In this document: one piece after another, positions 23,712-37,000 of the stretch
Layout of the letters: every line of letters begins with the position of its first letter
How positions within the stretch are numbered: the stretch's first letter is position 1
From: Tubiluchus corallicola
Taxonomy: Eukaryota; Animalia; Priapulida
Assembly (NCBI GenBank): GCA_030141605.1
Contig: JAQGDQ010001008.1
Span: forward strand, 1 to 64,000
Direction of reading: 5' to 3'
Length of the DNA: 64,000 bases
The notes under the pieces: model-generated
What the model saw: the letters and a program-made list of their open reading frames with translations, nothing else
Told to the model about the DNA's origin: nothing
Database searches by the model: none
Translations under genes and position numbers: made by a program

Positions 23712-24691
23712 TTAAGTACGTTCATCTCCAAACCACTGAGACACGTGGTGAACACACACACATCGCTATTCACAGGTGTTACGTTCTAGAATACGTACAT
23801 TTCCAAACCAGTGAGACACGTGGTGAACACACACACATCCGCTATTCACAGGTGTTACGTTCTAGAATACGTACATTTCCAAACCACTGAGACACGTGGT
23901 GAACACAACACACATCGTTATTCACAGGTGTTATGTTCTAGAATACATACATTTCCAAACCAGTGAGACACGTGGTGAACACACACACATCGCTATTCAC
24001 AGGTGTTACGTTCTAGAATACGTACATTTCCAAACCAGTGAGACACGTGGTCAACACACACACATCCGCTATTCACAGGTGTTACGTTCTAGAATACGTA
24101 CATTTCCAAACCACTGAGACACGTGGTGAACACAACACACATCGTTATTCACAGGTGTTATGTTCTAGAATACCTACATTTCCAAACCACTGAGACACAT
24201 GGCGAACACACACACATCGCTATTCACAGGTGTTACGTTCTAGAATACGTACATTTCCAAACCAGTGAGACACGTGGTGAACACACACACATCCGCTATT
24301 CACAGGTGTTACGTTCTAGAATACGTACATTTCCAAACCACTGAGACACGTGGTGAACACAACACACATCGTTATTCACAGGTGTTATGTTCTAGAATAC
24401 ATACATTTCCAAACCACTGAGACACGTGGCGAACACACACACATCGCTATTCACAGGTGTTACGTTCTAGAATACGTGCAGTTCCAAACCACTGAGACAC
24501 GTGGCGAACACACACACATCGCTATTCACAGGTGTTACGTTCTAGAATACGTGCAGTTCCAAACCACTGAGACACGTGGTGAACACACACACATCGCTAT
24601 TCACAGGTGTTACGTTCTAGAATACGTGCAGTTCCAAACCAGTGAGACACGTGGTGAACACACACACACATCGCTATTCACAGGTGTTACA
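23712..24691. repeat. 75-76-bp minisatellite, about 13 copies, with a 227-bp three-unit higher-order period
   Basis: Variant pattern recurs at 23896, 24123 and 24350. Confidence 0.93.
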
Positions 24692-26291
24692 TAAGTCATT
24701 TATTTCACATTACACATTTACAATAGTTTCATATACAATATCTAGTGAAAGGGCCTACAATGGATGTAATACAAATAAGAAATACTGCACAGGAAAAGCT
24801 TCAAACACTGTTCACTTATATACGAATGTAAATGTGTTGCCGTCAATCAAAAAGCAGTTAGATTGTCCCACACAGCAGACACTGAGGCCGTTGCGCCATC
24901 TATTGCAAGGTGATGAAATTAAAATGCAAGAAACCAGAAGTGTTAGACAGTGTGATACCTCATTTTTAATTACCCTATTGCAATCTTAATAATTTTCTTA
25001 ACATTCTGAACAATTCTGGCTCACGAGCCAGGGTGCTCCGAATATTCAAATAAGGAGCTGTGGACCAAATCCTTCAGGATAGACCTAGCAAGTCACTGAA
25101 GTACTTTTTGCTCAAGTAACTCATGGCGAACACAACTGACTGGTGGATGTGGAGAAGACATATGAAGACAGAGACGTTATCAAGTGTTCGCCGGCTGACA
25201 GATGAAAATCTACCAGGAGGATGGTGAGAAAGTGAGAAAGGATTCTGAACAAAATAAAAGAAAATATTGAAACGCTTGAATATAAATTTAGGGAGTAAAC
25301 CCGGCTAATTAAAAATAAGCGTTTTCTTCTACTAATAATGATTTGTGGGTTGAAAAGAGCATTGCTAACGGTACGCATATTAATTTATTCGTGTGAAATT
25401 GCTAATCTTGTTGGATTCACGTAATTTGAAATGTCGGCCGAAGTTAGATAATTAAGAATATTGCCAGTCGAATGTTCCAGAAGATTTATTGACTCTTTTT
25501 TTTCTAGAACATTCTATTAGGTTAGTACTAGACTTGTGCTAGCGCAGTCTATCTGTTATGTGGCTACGTAACTATTTTATACCGTCTTCAAGTCACGGTT
25601 TATCTAAAAAATCTGGACTTTAAATATGACACGAAAAAACCACAACTAACAGCAAAATTATTAAATTCATTTCAATTTATTATAACAATGTCCCGGAGGA
25701 TGACTTCAAGTTATCCAGGAATATGAATTATGAATTTATTCCACAGCAACTCAAACATACATATAAATTGATATAACATTGAAAAAAAACTACTTTCTGT
25801 ACTTACTGTTACTTACTTGATGCAAAAATACCACTAAATTAACAGTCTTAATTTTTGTAAAAACTTATTATGCTTTTATAGAGAATGCGCTTTTCTTCAG
25901 CTGATAAACTACGTCATTGGTGGAAAAATGAGCTTTCAAAATGGCAGCGCCCGAGTGTCTATGATTGTGACTTTAAAATGATTTTACTAATTACACGAGG
26001 TGCTTGTTGCACTTTTATTACAAAATCCTTCTTTCCTTGAATGGTTTCTGTTAAAGAATTGATATCAAAAGCAGTGAGTGAGATGCAATTAACGTAAAGT
26101 CTGTAACAGGTCTACAACACAACGAAAATTATCAGTAAAAGTTCGGCTATTAACAGCAGATATGAATCGAAATGAATTTATAAGAATCTTGCGTTTAAAT
26201 GTAATTTGTTTCATAGAAGGAACTAGCAATTTTTTCCTTTTTACCTCTTTTTTGTGGTTTGCTAATTCGCTTCCACACCCTCTGTTGGTGA

Positions 26292-27788
26292 TTATACGGG
26301 TTGACAGTTACATTTCCGAATTTGGATGAAGAGGCGGTAATTGTTCAACCAGTTTATTGAAGGGCACACGAATATCCCTTCGGCAGGTGTTGCTGAATGA
26401 AATGTGAAATTTACATTATAGTGGAAGACCGTGTATGAATCTTTTAAGAAACTGAATACGTCCTTTTCTGCTTCAGTGTAACTCAAGTTAACAAATGAGA
26501 ACTTCATTATGTTCGGGAGAGTTTGATTCCAGCCTTCGTATTTTATTTTGCGTTTAATACTGTTTTTTCCATCAGTTGCACGTTTCACACCACAGTTTGC
26601 ACACATTGGCTGACAGTTGTCACAGTCTCCAACTGATGCTTGCCGTCGCCGTCTGGTAGGTGTTGTAGTTGTTCTATAGCTTTCTATGCAATTTTGTTCG
26701 CAGATGGTCTTGCACGTTTCTGGATCCTTGACAGCAAAACACAGAGCTCTACACTCACTCTGGCACCGAACAACTATTATAGGCAGTGTTGTTGTTGTAG
26801 TAATAGTAGTAGTAGTACTAGTAGTAGTTGTTGTTGTTGTAGTGGTAGTTGTTGCAAACTTCAGCTTACAGAAAGCTACACTATCTTGATGGCATTTCTC
26901 TGATGTCTTAGGATCATGATATGCACATTCTGAATCACACCCATAATAATGCTTGTGCTTTCTACATTTTTCCTTACATTCAGGGCATTCCTTCTTGCGC
27001 TCCAATACGCAAGCACAGAAATCTAGACAGCCTTCCGTGCACGAGAGATCATCGCCACACTTACTATCACACTCACAGAGGCACCTACTACGAACTCTAC
27101 AGGCCATCCAGCACCATTTCCTACAATACTTCTTGTCCTTGGCTGTCTCACAATCCACGTTGCGACAATTGTTCAAACAATTAATAAAATGTTTACAAGA
27201 TTCGTCTGCAAGATTCCGTCTCTCTCTACCAGTTTCTCCGTCACGTCGTTTTACTCTCTTTGCCGTTCTAAACGGGTTAATATTTTGCCATTCAGATGCT
27301 GAACTTGTTTGTTGAACAAGACGAGTATCTTCCAATACTTTCAGGTAGACTGAGGCAATACGACATCGTGTCGGCTTCTCATTGTCATTGAAAATCTCCA
27401 GAAGGCAAAATGGTTTCTTGATTTCGATACCACAGTCTTTCAATTCATTCCATCCTACATACCGGGAAGATTCTAAATTGAGATCAGACTGTTCTTCCAC
27501 AAAGTAGAACTTACCACAGTCTTCCTCGCAGATTGTTTCTGAACCAACGGGACACGTTTCATGTGAAACACGATCAACGAATCTTCCTCTATCAATTTCA
27601 AATTGCATCTGAACTTTGTCAATTGGAAGGGCAAAAGCACAAACGTTTGGAGAAATTTCACCAGATTGGTCTGCATCGGATGAACTAAACCCGTACGTTT
27701 CGATGTAGAACAGAAGAAAGTTCAGCCATATTAGAGCCCAAAATTTAGAATCACGTTTAGGGTTGATATAAATTAATAAAACCCTCAT
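26292..27788 (-). CDS. Intronless 498-aa secreted Cys-rich pro-protein (hydrophobic N-terminus, furin-type sites, CX3C repeats, poly-Thr linker), family unknown
   Basis: Long non-repetitive ORF in AT-rich DNA; signal-like FWALIWLNFLLFYI; RVKRR, RERR and RRRR sites; minus-strand AATAAA downstream at about 25676 and 25735. Confidence 0.8.
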   Translation of the reverse strand: MRVLLIYINPKRDSKFWALIWLNFLLFYIETYGFSSSDADQSGEISPNVCAFALPIDKVQMQFEIDRGRFVDRVSHETCPVGSETICEEDCGKFYFVEEQSDLNLESSRYVGWNELKDCGIEIKKPFCLLEIFNDNEKPTRCRIASVYLKVLEDTRLVQQTSSASEWQNINPFRTAKRVKRRDGETGRERRNLADESCKHFINCLNNCRNVDCETAKDKKYCRKWCWMACRVRSRCLCECDSKCGDDLSCTEGCLDFCACVLERKKECPECKEKCRKHKHYYGCDSECAYHDPKTSEKCHQDSVAFCKLKFATTTTTTTTTTTSTTTTITTTTTLPIIVVRCQSECRALCFAVKDPETCKTICEQNCIESYRTTTTPTRRRRQASVGDCDNCQPMCANCGVKRATDGKNSIKRKIKYEGWNQTLPNIMKFSFVNLSYTEAEKDVFSFLKDSYTVFHYNVNFTFHSATPAEGIFVCPSINWLNNYRLFIQIRKCNCQPV

Positions 27789-29124
27789 TGTAGAAATAGC
27801 TACTTCATTACAACGTTTAATTGCAGTAGATTTTCTATTTCACAATCATAATATTTTGATTACTAAGGAGCTTTAGCCTGTGAAGTGCATGTTCTTCGCT
27901 ATACCAGAATCTTGGTCATTCTAGAATTTTCTCACTAAACGTTACAGCTGCATTAGTGAAATTGTTCTCTTAACAATTGAACCGATTTGAAAACAATCGC
28001 TAATGTAGTTCCATTTTCATTATTTTTATGAACATTCCAACTTTGAATACTAAACCAAACTTGAACTAAAGTTCTAAAGAATAAACAAACCATTGCTGAT
28101 AGGGTAACTCTTTAAAGTCAAATTTAACATAAAAGCGAGTTTTTTCCATTATAATGGTTAATTAAGATTTTTCTATAGCAAAATCCTACTGTTTTTCATT
28201 TGTTTTTCATTGAGATATTTATTATTTATTCTCCGCTACTTTAACGCTAAATAATTGGAAAGCCTTGCAAGCTAGGGTCACCAAACTCGCAGGGTTGGTA
28301 GCCCTAGGCGGTGGACGTACAATTGTATAACAATCGCTGACCACTAGTCAAAGGGGAAAGACAGTGGGTGTTGGTCAGTTTTTCCTTCCATAATTCCACT
28401 CCTCCTAGGGCTTTCGTTTTTTTCCAAACTTTTTTTCACAAGTATTTTGGTACTGTGGGGCAGGTGTGCACCTGGGGTTTTAAAAAGCTGGCAAGCTTTA
28501 AACGCCCGAGTGATAAGCCAAAATGTATGAACGTGCACTTATATTTATTCTGTTATATCTGTTATATTTATTGTGTTTGATGTTCAATAAACGTGTAGTT
28601 TTATAATCAGACTCTTCATAGTTTTGCCACCCCTAAAACATCAATAATCAGCTTCACACAACCAATACAACGAATTATGTCGTAATTCTCCCCATCTGTG
28701 AGCTTACACTTTAGATTTAAATGCCGTGTGTTTCATTGTTTTTGTACAGTAGTACACCGAACCACGTGACCGAACAGACTGCGTACTGTACCGTACTGTT
28801 GCGTACTTTAAGTGTGCTTTTAGAGCAAGCAGTGACGTCCATTGCCATTGTTCAATGTGTACGTGTGTAGTTGATTTTAGTTTGAATAGTTTGTAATTGC
28901 GAAAAGTTTGTTTGTTGCACTTCACCAGGTATGTAAATTTTAGATGGACAGAAAAAAATATTTATTTTAACTTGCTAAACTTAATATTTAATACTGACTA
29001 ATTTGTTGATTCCTGAATCAGTTTAAACTTTTCCAGCACTGCGTTTCCTTTGTTAAAAAAGCAATAAAATCTTGTGAATGATAAAGAGGCACATCATTTC
29101 TAGAAAAAAGAAATTATTCTGAAA

Positions 29125-29440
29125 TTATAGGTTGAATTGGTTAGGCCTCACCTAGAATACTGCATGCAGCTTTGGTATCCCAATTATCAAAAAGACCATT
29201 ATTGCTTATGGAAGGGGTGCAAAGACGTACTACAAGAATAATATTTGGTTGTAAAAATCTGACATATTTAAAAAGATTGAAGTATTGCAATTTGACAAAT
29301 TTGTCATAAGAAGACACCTTGAAGATCTATTGAGGTTTATAAAATATTGTCTAGGAAAGAAAGATTTGCTTGGGAACTTCTTTAACTTGGTTGTTGATTC
29401 TAAAACTTGAAGAGAGGTCGCGTTTCGACATTCGCAAGTA
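29125..29440 (+). mobile_element. Degenerate CR1-type LINE ORF2 fragment (appears to resume at about 30690-30745)
   Basis: Translates as LVRPHLEYCMQLWYP..., later FLTVRVVNEWNNFP. Confidence 0.7.
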
Positions 29441-29459
29441 TTGATTTACTGTGGTTTCT

Positions 29460-30190
29460 CTCATCCATCTCTACATACATGTATGGGCAAATCGATTACA
29501 GGGGTTCTTCAACACTGCAGCACCTTTATGGTTCTTCAAAATTTACCTCATCAGCTTCCTTCAAAATGCTTTTCCTATAAAACAAACAGTCATTGACATA
29601 TTTGGATGCTTTCAGCAAATTTTCACTTCAACAGCTTTTAACATCCTCTGTTGAGACTTCACCTAAATTTTCTCTAATCCTTTTATATTTGCTACAAGTA
29701 AATAAATGTTCTGTTGTGTCTAATTCACTATCGCACACGGGACATATTAAATTTCTTATAAATGAACCCTTAAAATTTGCTTTTACTTTGACCATATTAG
29801 GTCTTAAATCCAAAATATTTTTAGCTTCTGCATGACTGAATTTTGTAAAATAATCCTGTTCCAATTTATTGCTTTCCAAAAATCTTAATTTTGAGCTCTT
29901 ATTTATATTTTCACTGCATTTGTCTTGTATCACAGATGTTATTTTAAATTTCATGTATTTTTCCACTGTGATTTCTTTTGATTTTTCACATATTCCTTGT
30001 CGATATTAATTCCATAAATGTTTGCCATTTTTTCAATTTCACTATACCAATTATCATCATGTCTGTATTTCATTTGCTGTGCTTTAACTTCTACTGACAT
30101 TATTCCTACATTATTAATATTTGCCAGGGAGTTAATATAGCTAATTTTTTCTGCTCTTTTCACTTTTCAATTAACGTCTTATAAGTGTTT
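29460..30190 (-). mobile_element. Non-LTR retrotransposon 3' fragment
   Basis: Frameshifted ORF pieces with zinc knuckle CPVC...DTTEHLFTC. Confidence 0.72.
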
Positions 30191-30263
30191 CCTCATTTAG
30201 CCAATCACCAAGGTATTTATAGCTTTGTGTTTCTCCAATTTCGCCTTTGCTATTTTTCTTTAA

Positions 30264-30638
30264 CCCTTTCAGGCCCAAATTGTTTTTTTAATAAGAAAAA
30301 TTTTTTTACCTTGGTACATTTGTTCCCAATGTATCCTGTGGTATACACAACATTCTTTGTCATGTGCAAAAAACAAAGTCCGACTTTTTTAAAAACACAA
30401 CAAAAGCAAAAAATGTGCTTCATTTTGCAACTGCTGATAATTTTTTAAAGTATTTAAGACATTTAGTATGCATACTATGCTGATCTGTACAAAGTCGTCT
30501 CATTGTTATTCTATTTTTAGTCTATTGTTATTGGCTTAAATCAAAATAACTATTAACAGATCAAATAACTGTCAGGTTAAAATTTTGTTAATTTCAAAGG
30601 CAGAAAATATACCACGGGGTACAACGGGTATGAAAGGG
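30264..30638. mobile_element. piggyBac-type non-autonomous element
   Basis: TTAA|CCCTTTCA ... TGAAAGGG|TTAA; related inverted copy at 33709-34164. Confidence 0.82.
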
Positions 30639-30990
30639 TTAAGTGGGGGAATTCTTTTCTTTCTAGTCATCTTTGTTCGCATTGACTGCGCTTTTTTAAC
30701 TGTGAGAGTAGTTAATGAATGGAATAATTTCCCTGCTATGGTGAATGTCACACCAACCAACCCTTAATTGACAATTTCTTTGTGGAAAAATATGCGGTTT
30801 TTATGAGTGTTACTCGCCCGACCACTTTAAATCGTGACAGGGTATAAGTGTAAACAGTTACAGCAGCAACAGAACTAGTGAGTTGAGTGACGCAATGTTC
30901 TTACGTCAATTTCTACGACAAACTTTTCAAGTTTAGAACGTGCGTATTAGAACAGAACTGAGAGATATCAGAAGTTAAAGTAAAAGCAAG

Positions 30991-31054
30991 ATGAAGACTT
31001 TCGTGTGTTTATTGGTGATAGCTGCTTTTGTCAGTTTGCTGAAAGGAATTACAG
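30991..31054 (+). CDS. Signal peptide exon (MKTFVCLLVIAAFVSLLKGITG)
   Basis: ATG, hydrophobic core, CAG|gtaagc donor. Confidence 0.85.
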
Positions 31055-34000
31055 GTAAGCTACGCGCAAAATGAAAAAAGTAAGTAAGTAAGTACGTCTG
31101 CAACACTTTCATATCATAATTATGTTAAGATTGGGCAGGCATCCGGGCACACCGGATATGTAGTTTAAGGTTCGCTTTTTAGGCCTTTGCATGGCTGTTT
31201 TCAATTTGATGTTACTTGCGGAACCCAGCCACTGGGGCAGCAATCCAGCTGAATATAGTGCCGGTCTCAAGCACGGGTAAATGGGGAGGGTTTTCAGGAT
31301 AGGACTAGCAACCCACTGGCGTTAAAGACCTCTTATGCTCAAGAAACGCACGGTGAACCAAGAAGAAATACAGGCGGGAAAAATGTACAAGAATATGACA
31401 TAACCAATCGTTATTGTCGTATATATTTGTCGTTACGTATCGCCAAGTACAATAGTAACGTAGATATGGTTTATCCGCTACTACGAGACCGCCACATCCC
31501 CAGGAAGTGCAAAGTGACTAATTATCTGAGTATCCTCAAGCCAGTATTATTGTATGGCTCCGACGTTTGGTCACTGACTTCAAAGACGGAGTCCAGACTA
31601 CCAGCAGCCGAGATGAGGGTACTGAGATTAATCTTGGGAATCACGCGGAGAGACAGGATGACCACTAAAGCTCAGCACTAAACAGAGACAAGCATATCTA
31701 GATGACTGGTGGCCTGGCATTTAACTAACTAACTACAAACCATCCCTTAGCCATTAAATACTCCAGTAGACTAATATTTTAATGCAACAAAAAAATAAAA
31801 TAACTAATTATCAATTTGCCTCTCTTGTTGTTAACATTGTTTTTCTGTTAGGAGTAATAAATTGTAATGGCGGAACACCAGGCGAGTGTTACTATGATCG
31901 TATGTGGTATTACAATCGTGAAACGACCAAATGTGAACGACTGAACGGTAACCGCAAATGTATAGCATCAGGGTACTTATTCAAGAAGAAAAAACGGTGC
32001 CAACGAATGTGCAATGCCAATCCAAGTAAGCCGTTTCTGATTGTCACATATTGTGAAAGTTGTAACTGTATATTTTAGGTGCTGCCATCTATTGATTAGT
32101 CACTTTAACATTTTACTAGTTAAACTCACCCCTAGTACAATGGTTCGGTCCAGTGAATATGCAAACTCACTGGATCTCCCCTATTTTTACTGTAATGGGA
32201 TATGTGAAGCCAAGTTCTTGCATAGTTCTCTACCTATATAAACTGGCTAGATTTCACTTCTAGCCACTGTCTAATTCTTAGTGAGCAGTGCAGGACACTC
32301 TGGTCCTCAGTGTGTAGTTTAGCAGTCATGTTACATATATCTATGTAGTGTAAAAAAAGGTTACCTTGGCGTGAGGCCCCCTAGAGGGTGAGGCCCCGGG
32401 GAAGTATCCCCACTTTCCCCCCTTGAAATAGGCCTTGCATATCTGTAATGGTATGAGAAGACTGGTTACAGTTTTGTTAGTCCAAATTCGTTGTGAAATA
32501 CATTTGTTCTGTAGTTGATTATTTTTTTGCAGTTCTGTCTCCACTTGCAAGGTCGAGATTGTCCTATAGGCTAGTATATAAGCTACAGTTAGGGCTCCTA
32601 ATACAAGTTTTGGTGAGGGGCTCCAGCCTTTCACTGCGATTATGTTGAAATTTACACAATGAATAACAAAATAGCGGCATTTCTTAGAATATTTTTGTTG
32701 ACAAGTGAAAGTCATTCTAGTGCAATGAAAGAAAGTGCAATAACCTTACTTTAAGATCTTCAATTGTTGTTATAATATTGTTACGGAGGCACTTGTGTCG
32801 GGTCAGATGTAGGGCCCTCTACACGCCCAGCAGCGAGTCACCCCTTTCTTGTAGGTCCAGACGTCTTGTTTGGGCCTACACGTGGTGTGAGAAGCCAGCT
32901 GACCTGGAATGCCAGTATAAAAGCGTGTAGAGGTCACTACAGCCTTGATTTCTGACACAGGTGCTCCTCGGGTGTAGTGCTGTTACTGAGTTAGTTAGTT
33001 ATCTTTTGTGCACGTGTATTTTTGTTACTTATTTTTATTAGTGCTGTTAATAAACTCCATACAGTGTAGTTTTTGTGTATTTTATTTTATGAAAGTTAAA
33101 TGACATGCTATAACAGGTATAAGGTACTAGTTTACAGACATTAATTTAGTTAATTAACATTATTACCAGTAAAAACTATTCAAGACAGGAAGACCCACAA
33201 TTTCATTATTCTTGGAAGCTCCAAAAGGTCATAGTCCAGCCCTGCCCACCACTATTGGCTTTTTTATGTAAACCTAAATGAATTACTTCTGTTCATTTTT
33301 CCTTTGTGCAATTTTAGCTTCGTCATACACATGTGGTGCAGGTGAATTTGACTGTAAGGTGAATCCCGGCTGGCTTGATAAACCCGACGCAAATTGCATT
33401 CCAAAGGTCTTCCTATGCGACGGCATTTACGACTGCGGAAATGGACGTGATGAAAGTGTAGAAGCCAACTGCAGTAAGTATCTTAGTTATACTTACGTGC
33501 TCCAGAATGAAGAGTATAAAACCGTAGCTGCTCACACAAACGTGTTTATTATCTTACACTGCCGTGACTGCCCACAGTAGTAAAAACACTCATCTTTTCA
33601 ATATCTCCAAACACTGGTTTTGTATAAAGGCTAAAGGGTTTGTAAACGGTTTTTACTTTTTTTCATGCACATTCTAAACTAGAATTCAGAGCCTGCTGCT
33701 AATGTTAACCCTTTCATACCCGTTGTATCCCGTGGGATACGAGAATATTTTCTGCCTTTAAAATTAATAAAATTTCAAAACTGACAGTTATTTGATCTGT
33801 TAATAGTTATTTTGATTTAAGCCAATAACAATAGACTAAAAATGGTGATAAAATGGCAAACTAGAAAATCTACATAGCATAAAAAACTGTGCAAGGTACT
33901 GTACTTTAGAGACGACTTTGTGCAGATCAGCATAGCATGCATACTAAATGTTTTAAATACTTTAAAAAATTATCAACAGTTGCAAAATGAAGCACATTTT

Positions 34001-37000
34001 ATGCTTCCATTGAATCCCAATGTATCCCGTGGGATACAGGCTATATTTAGCACGCAGGCACAGGTAGAAAAATTATTATTATGTGTAAACAAGATGGACA
34101 TACTGAACAAAAGTACCAAACCAAAATTTTTTTCTTATTAAAAAAAAATTTGGGACTGAAAGGGTTAATAGAAAATAGCACCCAGTCTTATATTATAATT
34201 CTAATCTATATATTGAAATTGAACATAATTTTTTTTCAATAATAGCTCACCTGAAAATGTTATTACTACAGCAATTTTGCATTTGTTCCACTAGTTTTTG
34301 GCTGTTACATTCGCTAGTTAGGTGGACACTAGTACCTGCATTTGAATAAAAACCAGGTGCTGTACCGTTCCACTCTTAGGTTTTCAAATGCAATGTTTTA
34401 CACATGTCAAATTTTGGTTTTTTATCGTTGCATTGAACATCGATGAACATTGCACAATAACACTGATATATATACGACTGTACAAAGTCACTACTTAGTT
34501 ATCCTGTTTCTGTTTGTTTTTGGACAAAACTTATTGTTAATAGGGAGACTGGTTTTTGAACAAAAAAAACAATGTACGAGTTTTGTATCGAAAAAACAAA
34601 ACTTTCAGAAGATAGATTATATATGTGGCTATATAGGTTTTACATGTCAAATGTAGACCTGCGTTAACTCAAATGTAAATTTAGGTAATTCAAATGTGTC
34701 TTGGTAACTCAAATGTAGACTTAGATAGTTCAAATGTGTCTTGGTAACTCAAATGTAGGCTTAGATAGTTCAAATGTGTCTTGGTAACTCAAATGTAGGC
34801 TTAGGTAGTTCAAATGTGTCTTGGTAACTCAAATGTAGACTTAGATAGTTCAAATGTGTCTTGGTAACTCAAATGTAGGCTTAGGTAGTTCAAATGTGTC
34901 TTGGTAACTCAAATGTAGGCTTAGGTAGTTCAAATGTGTCTTGGTAACTCAAATGTAGACTTAGGTAGTTCAAATGTGTCTTGGTAACTCAAATGTAGAC
35001 TTAGGTAGTTCAAATGTGTCTTGGTAACTCAAATGTAGGCTTAGGTAGTTCAAATGTGTCTTGGTAACTCAAATGTAGACTTTGGTAGTTCAAATGTGTC
35101 TTGGTAACTCAAATGTAGGCTTAGGTAGTTCAAATGTGTCTTGGTAACTCAAATGTAGACTTTGGTAGTTCAAATGTGTCTTGGTAACTCAAATGTAGAC
35201 TTAGGTAGTTCAAATGTGTCTTGGTAACTCAAATGTAGGCTTAGGTAGTTCAAATGTGTCTTGGTAACTCAAATGTAGGCTTAGGTAGTTCAAATGTGTC
35301 TTGGTAACTCAAATGTAGACTTTGGTAGTTCAAATGTGTCTTGGTAACTCAAATGTAGACTTAGGTAGTTCAAATGTGTCTTGGTAACTCAAATGTAGGC
35401 TTAGGTAGTTCAAATGTGTCTTGGTAACTCAAATGTAGGCTTAGGTAGTTCAAATGTGTCTTGGTAACTCAAATGTAGACTTAGATAGTTCAAATGTGTC
35501 TTGGTAACTCAAATGTAGGCTTAGGTAGTTCAAATGTGTCTTGGTAACTCAAATGTAGGCTTAGGTAGTTCAAATGTGTCTTGGTAACTCAAATGTAGAC
35601 TTAGGTAGTTCAAATGTGTTAACAATGGTTTTCAACAAATGTTGAGCGTTTTTGGTAAGTCAAATGTGACATTGGTATCTCAAATGTGGATAGGTGGTAA
35701 AGTTTAAGGATGTTAAATTTAATCTTCTTTAATTTTAATTTAATAATTGCTCCCAAGTTAAAATAACAACGTTATAGGCCTACTAATAGATGCACTATCT
35801 TTGGTTTATCTTTTTCTAATTTGCACTTAAATAACTTAGTTACCGATTTATTCAAAGTAACGCATCTACATTTGACTTACCTAAGTCACATTTGAACTTT
35901 CCTGTGTCTACATTTGACTTACCTAAGTCACATTTGAACTTTCCTGTGTCTACATTTGACTTACCTAAGTCACATTTGAACTTTCCTGTGTCTACATTTG
36001 ACTTACCTAAGTCACATTTGAACTTTCCTGTGTCTACATTTGACTTACCTAAGTCACATTTGAACTTTCCTGTGTCTACATTTGACTTACCTAAGTCACA
36101 TTTGAACTTTCCTGTGTCTACATTTGACTTACCTAAGTCACATTTGAACTTTCCTGTGTCTACATTTGACTTACCTAAGTCACATTTGAACTTTCCTGTG
36201 TCTACATTTGACTTACCTAAGTCACATTTGAACTTTCCTGTGTCTACATTTGACTTACCTAAGTCACATTTGAACTTTCCTGTGTCTACATTTGACTTAC
36301 CTAAGTCACATTTGAGTTATCAAAACACATTCGAAATTCCTATGTCTACATTTGACTTACCTAAGTCACATTTGAACTTTCCTGTGTCTACATTTGACGT
36401 GTAAAACCTATATTTTGGATAATAATCAATAAAAAAATTTTTAATTATCTCACCGTTCTCTTGTTTAGTAGTACTGAAATTCTCTAACTGCGTATGTAGA
36501 CTTATAACTGAATCATAAATGTACACAAAGGTTACGAAGAAAGTTAAAATGTGCTTTTTTCGGAAAACACTATTGAAAATTTTCATGATCAATGCACATC
36601 TTTTATCATAAGCAAGATAAAAAACCTAATTGTCTATGTTGCGTATTGTGACATCTATTATTGTGATGCTTATTAGTTGAAGATGAGGTCAGATGAGATT
36701 GGTTGATCATTGAGTACACGTGTTTTCATCTCCTTTCCTCTTCTTCTTCTTCTTTTCTCTCGTTTTTCTTTCTTTTTCTCCTTCCCATCCCTTTCCTTTG
36801 TTCCCCCCCCCACTTTCTTTATCCTATTATTTTCTCTTTTCCCCCCCCAACTCTATGGCTGTAAAACTGACTTGGTTATTCGACTTTCCACACTAAGTTA
36901 ACTTAAATTCCCTTCCTAGCAATTTAAGAATGTCCGAATTTGGCTTGTGGGCAGGATGAAGTCACTAGTCAAGTCTATAATTTAGCCATTTTTAATCAGG

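Noticed and set aside
25121-25378. 85-aa minus-strand ORF between twitchin and the Cys-rich gene
   Set aside because: No recognisable motif or splice support.
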